Source: Leptolyngbyaceae cyanobacterium (GTDB lineage Bacteria; Cyanobacteriota; Cyanobacteriia; Phormidesmidales; Phormidesmidaceae). Taken from it: a stretch of 64,000 nt of DNA. Position numbers and translations under genes: made by a program. Below the pieces are notes generated by a model. It saw only the letters and a program-made list of their open reading frames with translations, searched no databases and was not told where the DNA came from. The first letter of the stretch is position 1; each line of letters begins with the position of its first letter. Positions 1 to 9,091 of the stretch are shown one piece after another. Location of the stretch: contig CBDHHL010000032.1 in NCBI GenBank assembly GCA_965263355.1, positions 1,728,001 through 1,792,000 of the forward strand, in the 5' to 3' direction.

Positions 1-1193
1 TGATTCTTTCGCCACTTCTGCTGTACCGCGCTTTACAGGCATTTTTTGCTTGGAGAAAGCAAGTTAAAAAGAGAAGATGGTATGGAGAAGTAATAGGTGC
101 GGATGCTGAGCCTAAAAAGCCTCTGGCAGGAATATTTGATAGCTATTTTGCTTCAGATGAGTTTTCAATCAATTATGATAATAGCCCAGACACTCATATT
201 GATGTTGCACAAGACGAGCCTCGAGCTAAAGCCTTACAAGCGCAGAAAACTAAATTCTCCCAAGAAATTTCTCAGCGATTGCGAGAAATTTCTGAAGAGC
301 AAACCGATCTTTATGGTGAGATGAAAGACCTGGGTCGCAGTTTCAGGCGTTACTATTTAAGGTTTTTGCTTGAAAATGCTGACATTGATCTGGCCTTTAT
401 TCCTAGCTCAGTCAAACAAAGTTTGGCTGTGTTGATTCGACGCTCGAAGACCAGCGCAAAGCAAGCAGAAGACCAAATTCTCTACCTGAAGGAGGAAGTA
501 GAAGCCTGGTACGATCGTTCTATGGAGAGGGCTTCAGGGGTGTATAAGCGCAATGCCAAGGGAATTTCTATTCTGATTGGTGTTGTTCTAGCCATTGCCG
601 TTAATGCAAACTCAATCCACATTCTCGATCAGCTAGCCTTTGATCAAGAGTTGCGAGAAACGGTGGCGCTCAGGGCAGAAAATCTGGTTGAGCAGATTGA
701 TTCATCTGATGGCTTAAGTGAAGAAGAACAAGACAGCCTTTCCCAGGCCTCGCAGCTGTTGGATGATATGGACTTGCCCATAGGCTGGGATCCAGATTTG
801 ATTGGCGAGGAGTTTAAATGTGAGCCGATAAGTGAAGATAATAAAAATCAAAATAATACTTTAGAGTCGCCAGAACCTCAGCCGGAAGCGTCCTCTGAGC
901 AGGGGAGTCCATGGAATACGCTTTTCAAAGATTGTCTTTATGAAACCGCAGATGAGGTTACTCAATCGCCGGATAATTTTTTCCCGCCGACTGCGATCGC
1001 AGCGATCTTTTTAGCCGATCCCCTAGTCGGGTTGAAATTTTTACTAGGTTGGACATTAACAGGAATTGCCATCTCGATGGGAGCATCATTCTGGTTTGAT
1101 CTGCTAAGCAAGCTAGTCAAGGTACGCAATACCGGTAAGCAACTCTCTACTTCATCTGCAGAGTCAGACACCCAGAAGGTTACGGACACTTGA
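1..1193 (+). CDS. Hypothetical membrane protein, 5'-partial
   Basis: Frame of ORF 279..1193 is open back to the window start; EAWYDRSMERASGVYKRNAK, a TM helix and C-terminal GWTLTGIAISMGASFWFDLL. Confidence 0.75.
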   Translation, partial: ILSPLLLYRALQAFFAWRKQVKKRRWYGEVIGADAEPKKPLAGIFDSYFASDEFSINYDNSPDTHIDVAQDEPRAKALQAQKTKFSQEISQRLREISEEQTDLYGEMKDLGRSFRRYYLRFLLENADIDLAFIPSSVKQSLAVLIRRSKTSAKQAEDQILYLKEEVEAWYDRSMERASGVYKRNAKGISILIGVVLAIAVNANSIHILDQLAFDQELRETVALRAENLVEQIDSSDGLSEEEQDSLSQASQLLDDMDLPIGWDPDLIGEEFKCEPISEDNKNQNNTLESPEPQPEASSEQGSPWNTLFKDCLYETADEVTQSPDNFFPPTAIAAIFLADPLVGLKFLLGWTLTGIAISMGASFWFDLLSKLVKVRNTGKQLSTSSAESDTQKVTDT

Positions 1194-1404
1194 AGGTAGA
1201 GCTTAATTTCCATTTTCCATTACTGACCCAGGGGGTGACTGTTTCCGAGTGTTGAACCATGGCTTACCTCGAATCGACCACTGTAGTATCAGAAACAGGA
1301 TACTAAACATGTCAGCTGCGGTCACAAACACTTTGATACTGCGTAGCCAACTGAGAGGTTGCTCTACGTTGTCAACGCTACGCTTGTTGTTGAGGGCCAT
1401 ATGA

Positions 1405-2835
1405 CTAATCAGGATTAAATCCGTCTTTTGTCATCACACCAATGGAGAGGAGTTCGTAACCTGTTGGAGTATCCGGGTTAATCTTTACCCTAACTAGACG
1501 CACAGCGTCATTTGCATAGTTGTCAATGGCCTGTTGGACACTCTGCCTGGTTTGGGCCTGTTTTAGGCCTGTAATGACTGATTGAGTTGCGTCATAACTA
1601 GCAGACGTCGTCCAGTCAACCGTTTGCCCCCAAAGGGCTTGGGATTTATCATTAAATGGTGATGCAGCACTTTGATAGAAACTATCAGGTACCGCCAAAA
1701 TAGTCCCGGTAGCCATTGAGCCAAACAGGTTTAAGACATCTGGACTAAAAAGCTCGTGACCACCGAAAACGTGACGATAAAAGTGGTCAACTTGATCGTT
1801 GGGAATAATTTCGATGGACTCGGTGGCGGTTTCAAGGGGACTGTTTCCTGGGGACAAGACAAAGATTTCTGCCTCTGGCGTCTCAGTTGGTGCACTATCG
1901 GGTAAAGCAGCTAGATTTATCTCAGCCATCATTGTCCCTTGGTTTACCTTAAGCGCCTCTTCAAAATCTGATTTAAACGAGAGGCTATAATCACTATTGC
2001 CATCGTAGAAAAGAATAGCAGTGCGATGATTTAACTTTGCCATATAGAATGCTAGGGCATCTGCGATCGGTACATCTCTGGCAAGTAATGGTTTTATCGC
2101 GGGGCTAGCAACTGACTGAGTCGATATAAAGGGTAATGCACCGTTAGCGTAAATTTCGCCTGCTGCATTGGCAGTTGCTGTAGTGCCATGACCAATCACG
2201 CCGACAACGTCTGGTAGGTCACTTAATTCAGTGGCAATCTGCTGGGCTAGTTCAACGTCGCCCTGATCATCCGTCACCAAAACCTGCAATGGTTTGCCTT
2301 GAATGCCACCCGCCTGATTAATTTCCGTTTGGGCCTGAGCTACACCGCGCAATAAATTTGAAGCTACTGTTGGTTCTGCCTGCAGTGGTACAATCACCGC
2401 CAGACCATGGGCTTCTTGCTCACCAATACGAGAATTATTGAGGTAAATCAAGGTTTCTGGATCAGACATATCTGCCCTACGAGCGCTTTCAAAGGCCTCT
2501 ATGGCAGTACTGTAGTCTCCAGCTGCGATCGCATCGGCACCTTTAGTCTTTATGGGTAATGCAGACGTCGCCAGCAAAACTTGATTTCCTTGACTAAGCT
2601 GGCTAGCTGGTTCTTCCGGCTCCGCCTCCGCTTCAATCACCTCTAACTGAACGTCTTCAGATAACTGCTGCGAAGGACCATTGTCGAGGCCCAACTCACT
2701 ACGACTCAGCCAGGTTAAGCCCAAGAAAGCAGCGCCCAAAACCCCCGCTGCAATCAAGAACACCTTGATATTAAATAGATCCTGGTCTTTTACAGTATCC
2801 GCATGACGGAAGTTACTTCCGCTTTCAGGTTTCAT
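1405..2835 (-). CDS. Branched-chain amino acid (LivJ-type) ABC substrate-binding protein with N-terminal TM and TPR-like segment
   Basis: DPETLIYLNN; LLRGVAQAQTEINQAGGIQGKPLQVLVTDD; VVGVIGH. Confidence 0.85.
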   Translation of the reverse strand: MKPESGSNFRHADTVKDQDLFNIKVFLIAAGVLGAAFLGLTWLSRSELGLDNGPSQQLSEDVQLEVIEAEAEPEEPASQLSQGNQVLLATSALPIKTKGADAIAAGDYSTAIEAFESARRADMSDPETLIYLNNSRIGEQEAHGLAVIVPLQAEPTVASNLLRGVAQAQTEINQAGGIQGKPLQVLVTDDQGDVELAQQIATELSDLPDVVGVIGHGTTATANAAGEIYANGALPFISTQSVASPAIKPLLARDVPIADALAFYMAKLNHRTAILFYDGNSDYSLSFKSDFEEALKVNQGTMMAEINLAALPDSAPTETPEAEIFVLSPGNSPLETATESIEIIPNDQVDHFYRHVFGGHELFSPDVLNLFGSMATGTILAVPDSFYQSAASPFNDKSQALWGQTVDWTTSASYDATQSVITGLKQAQTRQSVQQAIDNYANDAVRLVRVKINPDTPTGYELLSIGVMTKDGFNPD

Positions 2836-3119
2836 AAAAATATAAAGTTAGTAGATTTTCAGTTGATGCTTATAGATAGCAGATGTATGAAGGCAAGAAC
2901 CAGGTTGATATATCTACGAAAAAATTCGATAGTTTATCATAGTATACAAGTTATTTACATCGCAAAATTGCTGAACCCCCCTGGCATGGATGAACCATCA
3001 GGAAGCTCTGACAGATATTAAATCTAAGCCAGATTTATGGGGTTATATATGGGGTTAAGTTTTGGTGGGAGGAACATTTAGCATTCCTCTGTGAGTTAAT
3101 AGGGTCGCTAAAATTCCGG

Positions 3120-3341
3120 CTAATAGGCCCCAAAATGCTGAACTAATGCCAAAGAGGCTGATGCCTGAAGCGGTGACCAGGAAAGTGAGGCATGAATCGT
3201 ATTTACTAACTGGGTCAGCTCATCCAGGGATATATTTTCGGCATAGTGCTCTTCGAGGTAAGTACATGCCAGGGCGGCAGCCTTTAATTCTGGTTTGGCA
3301 GATTTAACCCTAAAGGAATTTTCTGCATTGAGATTGGACAC
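3120..3341 (-). pseudogene. AraC-family regulator fragment
   Basis: YLEEHYAENISLDELTQLV matches the start of an AraC HTH; the remainder is absent. Confidence 0.5.
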
Positions 3342-3480
3342 GAAGATTAATTTTATTTAGTTAACTCTCAGTTGGATCTTAATTAAGTATGCGTGGAGAT
3401 TCAGTTGGCTTCTCTATCTTGAGAATTGTCAAGGGTGATAGCCCAATGGTTAGCGCCTTAGTTGAATCGAGGTTTTTGAA

Positions 3481-3657
3481 ATGAAACGCTTCTTGTTATC
3501 GAGCCTAACAGTTCTAATGTCCATGGGGGCAATTGCTAGTACCGCCAGTGCCGCACAGGTGGGTCTTGGTAATCCCATTGCTGATCTCAATCAGGATGGT
3601 CGAGTGACTCTCCATGAAGTAGTTCTCTATAATCGTGATCAGCGCAATAAAAACTAA
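3481..3657 (+). CDS. 58-aa secreted peptide with EF-hand/dockerin-like Ca-binding loop (not in the ORF track)
   Basis: MKRFLLSSLTVLMSMGAIASTASA|AQVGLGNPIADLNQDGRVTLHEVVLYNRDQRNKN*; GAGGT upstream; DxNxDGxVxxxE loop. Confidence 0.7.
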   Translation: MKRFLLSSLTVLMSMGAIASTASAAQVGLGNPIADLNQDGRVTLHEVVLYNRDQRNKN

Positions 3658-3741
3658 GGAACAAAATTTACAGGATATCTCAGTATCTTTGTTGGGGCGC
3701 ACATTGATGCGCCCAGCAGATTTAGATAGTGACCAAGTTCC

Positions 3742-4386
3742 TTAGGTCAAAGCCTTTTTTGCGGTTTCTTCCATTTGTTTCGCCGCCGCCGCTTTACGTT
3801 CACTGTAGCGGTCGGTAAGCTCATCTACCTTATCCCGTAGCAATAGGGTAAACCGATAGAGTTCTTCCATGACATCCACTACGCGGTCTCGGTAGGCGGA
3901 CTCTTTCATCGTGCCATCTTCATTAAATTCCTGGTAGGCCTTGGCCACCGATGACTGGTTAGGAATGGTAAACATTCGCATCCACCGACCCAAAATACGC
4001 ATAGTATTGATAGCGTTAAAGGACTGGGAACCGCCGGATACCTGCATAACAGCTAATGTGCGTCCTTGGGTGGGTCGAATGGCTCCCATACTTAACGGAA
4101 TCCAGTCGATTTGGGTTTTCATCAAACCCGAGATATTGCCATGAAGTTCTGGGCTAGACCAGACCTGTCCTTCTGACCACAGTGAGAGTTCACGTAGCTC
4201 CTGCACCTTTGGGTGGGTGTCAGGTTCTGCTCCATGGAGGGGTAATCCCCGAGGATTAAAAAAATTTACTTCGGCTCCAAAGTCTTCAATAATGCGGGCT
4301 GCTTCCTCCGCCAGCAAGCGACTGTAGGAACGCTCACGGAGAGAACCATAGAGAAAGAGAATCCGGGGTTTGTGATCGAAAGTCAT
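3742..4386 (-). CDS. arsH: ArsH, NADPH-dependent FMN reductase / organoarsenical oxidase
   Basis: [52 protein letters not shown]. Confidence 0.96.
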   Translation of the reverse strand: MTFDHKPRILFLYGSLRERSYSRLLAEEAARIIEDFGAEVNFFNPRGLPLHGAEPDTHPKVQELRELSLWSEGQVWSSPELHGNISGLMKTQIDWIPLSMGAIRPTQGRTLAVMQVSGGSQSFNAINTMRILGRWMRMFTIPNQSSVAKAYQEFNEDGTMKESAYRDRVVDVMEELYRFTLLLRDKVDELTDRYSERKAAAAKQMEETAKKALT

Positions 4387-4432
4387 AGGAGGAAAAGAAA
4401 ATTTAGGAGTGAAGATTTTGCAGGATTCGAAA

Positions 4433-4478
4433 ATTAATCTTGTAGAGGGGTTCCATGGAACGTCCCTACAAGATTAAT
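4433..4478. repeat. REP-like imperfect palindrome
   Basis: attaatcttgtagaggggttccatggaacgtccctacaagattaat is largely self-complementary. Confidence 0.65.
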
Positions 4479-4480
4479 CT

Positions 4481-4822
4481 CTAGGTCTTGAGCAATAAAC
4501 TAACGCCTAAGACCATCAGCAACAGTAGCACAAGGCGTTTATAGACATCCGAACTGAGTTGCTTGCGGACATGGGCACCCAAGGTAATGCCAAGGGCTAC
4601 AAATAGGGTGCCGACGACGGCTACTACCAGCATGGGTAGCGAAATTAATCCAAACTTGCTCAAACCAATCAGCATAAAAATGCTGGAAAAGGTAAATGAC
4701 AGGTTAATAGCCGTGACAAACACGTCCCGATTAAGGTTCAGGGCCAAAAGGTAGGGCAAAATTGGCATGACCTGTGAGCCTGTAATACCGTTAATAATAT
4801 AGTTAACTAGCGGCGTGGGCAA
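4481..4822 (-). pseudogene. C-terminal half of a TauE/SafE-type exporter
   Basis: INGITGSQVMPILPYLLAL...FVTAINLSFTFSS, four TM helices; the N-terminal half is missing and the ORF overlaps the upstream stop. Confidence 0.65.
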
Positions 4823-5429
4823 TGGAGCTAGCCATAATGGAACATTGGTATTTGAGCTGGCGATCGCAACTGATCAACAGCTCAAATACTTTATCTTCAC
4901 CCAGGGTAGCCAGCTGAGGTTCAATACTGCAATAGCGTCGCAGATATTCGAGATAGATAGCTTTATGGTGCTCCTCAGTCAGGTCAGGCTCGACCTGAAC
5001 AACAAAGTCATAGTCTTCGATGGTCTTATTTTTGCCATTACAGTTACCCTCGGTCAGATCGACACGATAGTCTTTATAGACTAAAAAGCAGTGGCTCTGG
5101 GGAATAAAGTCAAGTCCATGGGGCTGGAGAATGGCGTTAACTCCGGTGACAATATCGTCATTTAGACGGTAAAAACCAAGATGTTTGGAAATGGGTAGGT
5201 TGTGGGCATTGGCCAGTCTTGCGATCGCACCATGTTTTGTGGTGCAGTTACCATACCCTTCCTCGAACAGAATCAGTGAATCCTCACTGCTAGAATTTGC
5301 TGCATAAGGCAAGGCTTTAACCCAATGACACGCCTGTTGAAATGTAGTTAGTTCTCGCTGCAGACATTGTTCGGCAATCGGATCACCGGGTTGAAGATCG
5401 ACGTTAGGCAAAACATTTATCGGATGCAT
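4803..5429 (-). CDS. Hypothetical protein, possible transglutaminase-like Cys-His-Asp fold
   Basis: WVKALPY...GNCTTKH...SHCFL...RVDLT spacing resembles a papain-like triad. Confidence 0.6.
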   Translation of the reverse strand: MHPINVLPNVDLQPGDPIAEQCLQRELTTFQQACHWVKALPYAANSSSEDSLILFEEGYGNCTTKHGAIARLANAHNLPISKHLGFYRLNDDIVTGVNAILQPHGLDFIPQSHCFLVYKDYRVDLTEGNCNGKNKTIEDYDFVVQVEPDLTEEHHKAIYLEYLRRYCSIEPQLATLGEDKVFELLISCDRQLKYQCSIMASSIAHAAS

Positions 5430-5484
5430 AGGATGGTTGGAGATTAAGACAACAGATTAAAACAACAAACTATGTACTTTGACG

Positions 5485-6270
5485 CTACGGTAACAAACTT
5501 TTCTGTTCAAATAACCACATTGGCAATGCCTCGTTTGCATAGGCAGGATCCCAGGCATTATGGCCTACATCAATAAGCTCAGTGTATTGTACGTCAGCCC
5601 CAACAGACCCTAATGCTGTCATCATACGGCGAGATTCTTCTACTGAGACAACGTCATCCATATCACCGTGGAAGATCCAAACAGGAATCTCTTTAATCCG
5701 TTCTGCTACCTCTGCATAAATATCTGGGCTAGAGTCCGGTACAAATGAAGGAAATCCATCCATCCCTTCCACATAGCCACAAATGGGTACCAAAGCTGCA
5801 AACCGTTCTGGATATGAATAGCCCAGATACCAGGTACCCTCCCCTCCTAGAGATATCCCGGTCAGATACACTCGCGATTTGTCAATGCTGAACTCTTCAA
5901 GGGTTTCGTCCAAAGCGGCCATAGCAATTTGCCCTGCCAGATCCTGCCAAATTAAGTCGGCATCATCGGGAACTTGCGGAAAAATAGCTAGCGTTGGCCA
6001 GCGGTCTGGATTAGACCGGATGGCGCTGCCCAGACCCACTTCAGTTTGCTTTAACCCTTCATCTCCATATTCACCAGCCCCGTGGAGAAACAGAACTGCA
6101 GGCCATTCGTTAACAGATTCGTAGTTACGGGGCACGTATACCTGATAGGCGTACTCAATGCCGTCAAGGGTGAGGGTCCGATCTAAAAAGCCGGTTTCGG
6201 TAACCTGAGCCAGGGCCGTCCCAGGTACGAGCAAAAGCGCTGTGGTCAAAAATGCCTGCATAGTTGTCAT
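5485..6270 (-). CDS. Secreted alpha/beta hydrolase (carboxylesterase/peptidase-like)
   Basis: Signal peptide; VLFLHGAGE, GISLGG nucleophile elbow, FHGDMDDVV, GHNAW. Confidence 0.85.
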   Translation of the reverse strand: MTTMQAFLTTALLLVPGTALAQVTETGFLDRTLTLDGIEYAYQVYVPRNYESVNEWPAVLFLHGAGEYGDEGLKQTEVGLGSAIRSNPDRWPTLAIFPQVPDDADLIWQDLAGQIAMAALDETLEEFSIDKSRVYLTGISLGGEGTWYLGYSYPERFAALVPICGYVEGMDGFPSFVPDSSPDIYAEVAERIKEIPVWIFHGDMDDVVSVEESRRMMTALGSVGADVQYTELIDVGHNAWDPAYANEALPMWLFEQKSLLP

Positions 6271-6377
6271 TGATCAGCCTCCAGGTCCTGCTAACGCGTG
6301 ACTGCTGTCTTAGCATAAACGTTCCGACCCAAATCTCACGGGCATTCTGGCGATAGTTAACGGAGTTATTCGACAAA

Positions 6378-7421
6378 CTACGTCCACAACCCACTGTAAA
6401 TCAGGCCTGCAATCACTGACCCAATGAACGCAAACCCAAGGTAGGCAAGGAATACAGGGCGTTTGGCCAAGGCAAATACCGCAATCATGGCCGGAATACT
6501 GGTGGCACCACCGGCTAATAAAAACGCCATGCCAGCCCCTGGAGCCATACCCTGGTTAACCAAACCCTCTACGAGTGGCAAAGCAGCATAACCATTCAAG
6601 TAGGCGGGAATACCCACCAAGGCGGCACCCACTACGGACAGCAGACCGCCATTACCAGCTACAGTCTGAATCCAGGCATTGGGCACGTAGACCAACATTA
6701 AACTTTCTAGTACAAATGCCAGGGCCAACCATTTACCTAAGAACCAGGCATTTTTACGGGCACCTTTCCAAAACTTTTGTCGGCGCTCAACCTCAGGCCA
6801 GAATTTCCACACAACAGGCTTTGGATTGCGCACACGACTGCCACCACAGCCGCCATTACCTACACCCTCTCGCAAAGGGTTTCTAAAAGCTGCGGCCGCT
6901 ATACCTGAGTTCATTAGGGCCAGGGTGCCGAATCCGCCGAGTAGGCCAATGGCAACGGTTGCCAGGGTTTTTGCGATCGCAAACTGCAAGCCCAAAGTAC
7001 CCAGGGTAAGAATAAACATGGATGGATCCATCAGTGGAGAAGATAGCCAAAACGCCATTACTGCTGAAACCGGCACTCCCATGGAAAGCAGAGCGGCAAT
7101 CAGTGGGATCACACCACAGGAGCAGAAGGGAGAAAAGGCTCCAAACAGTGACGCCACCATAATCATGACCGAGATACGTCCCTGGAACGCTTTGGCAATC
7201 AGATTATCGGCACCAGTTGCCTGAGCGTAGGCCGCAATCCCAATAGACAGTAGTAAAAAAGGAGAAACATGTATTAGGTTTCTGACTGTAAAGTCTAAAC
7301 TATTCGAGACCTGTGGTGGCACCAAGATAGTTAGCACCAAAAAGATCAGGACAATGGTGATAAAGACCTTGTCCAGTTGTCGAACACTGCGGTTAAAGCG
7401 ATTGAGGACAGTTGAAGTCAT
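6378..7421 (-). CDS. arsP: ArsP-family permease (methylarsenite efflux type)
   Basis: SPFCSCGVIP, AFWLSSPLMDP, GAGMAFLLAGGATSIPA; directly downstream of arsR. Confidence 0.8.
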   Translation of the reverse strand: MTSTVLNRFNRSVRQLDKVFITIVLIFLVLTILVPPQVSNSLDFTVRNLIHVSPFLLLSIGIAAYAQATGADNLIAKAFQGRISVMIMVASLFGAFSPFCSCGVIPLIAALLSMGVPVSAVMAFWLSSPLMDPSMFILTLGTLGLQFAIAKTLATVAIGLLGGFGTLALMNSGIAAAAFRNPLREGVGNGGCGGSRVRNPKPVVWKFWPEVERRQKFWKGARKNAWFLGKWLALAFVLESLMLVYVPNAWIQTVAGNGGLLSVVGAALVGIPAYLNGYAALPLVEGLVNQGMAPGAGMAFLLAGGATSIPAMIAVFALAKRPVFLAYLGFAFIGSVIAGLIYSGLWT

Positions 7422-7437
7422 GGTAGAGGTCCTTCGG

Positions 7438-7459
7438 TATTTCGAGAAATATCAAAATA
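7438..7459. promoter_or_regulatory. Putative ArsR operator upstream of arsP
   Basis: TATTTCGA-gaaata-TCAAAATA imperfect palindrome; same arms at 7902-7923. Confidence 0.7.
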
Positions 7460-7524
7460 ATGGTTGAAATTTTTGCCTTTAGTAGGGTCATTGAGTGCAA
7501 TACTCCTATGGGTTTTTGGCAAAA

Positions 7525-7902
7525 TTAATCTGGACGATCATGACAGGACAGCGGTTCAGTAATGTCAGTTAGCTCAAAGGTTTCAGGGTTAACCACACGA
7601 TTGCGAGTGCAGCATTCCTCAAAGAGGAAATCAATCAGATATTTGAGGGCGCTTGACTGAACGTTATACCAGATCCACTGGCGATCTTTCTCAGCCTGGA
7701 CAATGCCGACCTGACGCAGCTTGTCTAAATGGTGAGACAGTGTGGAAGCCGTAAGTCCCAGTTCCCGTTGAATTTCGCCTGCTGGTAACCCTTTGGGATA
7801 GGCCGATAAGAGAAGCCGCACGATGTTAAGTCGCGAAGGCTGACCTAAAGCCGCAAAGGCAGCGGCGATTTCTTCGACGGAACGAGATTGGGTATCTGAC
7901 AT
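7525..7902 (-). CDS. arsR: ArsR/SmtB repressor with C-terminal vicinal Cys pair
   Basis: FAALGQPSRLNIVRLL, ASTLSHHL, FLFEECC. Confidence 0.9.
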   Translation of the reverse strand: MSDTQSRSVEEIAAAFAALGQPSRLNIVRLLLSAYPKGLPAGEIQRELGLTASTLSHHLDKLRQVGIVQAEKDRQWIWYNVQSSALKYLIDFLFEECCTRNRVVNPETFELTDITEPLSCHDRPD

Positions 7903-7923
7903 ATTTCGATAATCGTCAAAATA
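7902..7923. promoter_or_regulatory. Putative ArsR autoregulatory operator abutting the arsR start codon
   Basis: TATTTCGA-taatcg-TCAAAATA. Confidence 0.7.
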
Positions 7924-7951
7924 CCTAAAATTGTCAAGGGGGGATGCCGTG

Positions 7952-8797
7952 TTAGCGATGTGTTTGTCGATGATTGATAAAAGGAAGTATTAGCATCCAC
8001 TGTAGCTGGGCCACCCGTCGATCTTTTTGGTATTCTGTTAGGCCAATTGTCATCTCTTTGTAGCCCATGGAGGGACGATGCCGATAGGTGCCAAATAGAT
8101 AGTCCCACCAGGGAAGGTTAAATCCGTAATTACTATTGGTTTCTTGGGGAATAGTAGAATGATGAATGCGATGCATGTCTGGAGTCACAACAAACCAACG
8201 CAGGCAACAATCTAGCGCGTGTGGCAAACGGACATTTCCATGATTAAACATTGAAGTAGCATTGAGAATCACTTCAAAGAACAGAACAGCAATCACTGGA
8301 GTCCCCAAAAGCAGAACAATCGAAATTTTACCAATCATGGATAGCAAAATTTCGAGGGGGTGAAATCGTAAACCCGTTGTTACATCAAAATCCAGGTCAG
8401 CATGATGCACCCTATGGAGTCGCCAGAGCGCTGGCAGAGCATGAAACAAAGTGTGTTGCAAATAGGTGGTGAAATCTAAGCAAATGATAGACAGGAGGAC
8501 CATCTGCCAGTGGGGCATAGGAACAGCATAAAACAACCCCCATTGCTGTTCTGCCGCAGTGGCTGCAACGCCTACCAATGCTAGGGGAAATACGGCTCGC
8601 AAAAGCACAGTACCCAGAATCAATAAGCCACCATTGTTAACCCAACGCATCCACCTGGGCATTGAAAGATGGCGGTGAGGAGCACGCATCTCCCAAAGAC
8701 TCATTATTAGAAGAATGCCGAAGAAAAAGCTGAATCGAATCATAGATTCATGCTTTAAGGGCTGAATTTCAGCGCTAATCATCCCATGTATTCCCAA
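7952..8797 (-). CDS. Sterol desaturase / fatty acid hydroxylase family protein
   Basis: His boxes HTLFH, HRVHH, FNHGN, HRIHH; NYGFNLPWWDYLFGT. Confidence 0.9.
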   Translation of the reverse strand: MGIHGMISAEIQPLKHESMIRFSFFFGILLIMSLWEMRAPHRHLSMPRWMRWVNNGGLLILGTVLLRAVFPLALVGVAATAAEQQWGLFYAVPMPHWQMVLLSIICLDFTTYLQHTLFHALPALWRLHRVHHADLDFDVTTGLRFHPLEILLSMIGKISIVLLLGTPVIAVLFFEVILNATSMFNHGNVRLPHALDCCLRWFVVTPDMHRIHHSTIPQETNSNYGFNLPWWDYLFGTYRHRPSMGYKEMTIGLTEYQKDRRVAQLQWMLILPFINHRQTHR

Positions 8798-9091
8798 AGT
8801 GCCTTTAGTTTAAGATAGATTTCTGTTAATTTAATAATTTGTCGCTAGACTCAACTTCATATTTTTTCATGTCTGGCTTTACAATTTAAATGCCTTAAAT
8901 TAAGAAACGGTAAATCATAGCAATGCTTTTGGGAAACGTGTGTGCTATTAAAGGCTACAAATAAAGCCGTTAGAGCGTTATTGATTAGGATCACGTAATT
9001 TTTACGCCATATTCAAAGTTGAAGTGCCTACGAGTATGCTTGAGGATAGTGCAGGCTACGGCACAAGAAGTTTTGCCCCAGGCTTCCCCCT

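Noticed and set aside
4411..4434. Third ArsR operator upstream of arsH
   Set aside because: Arms only partly match and the spacing is one base short of the two clear copies.
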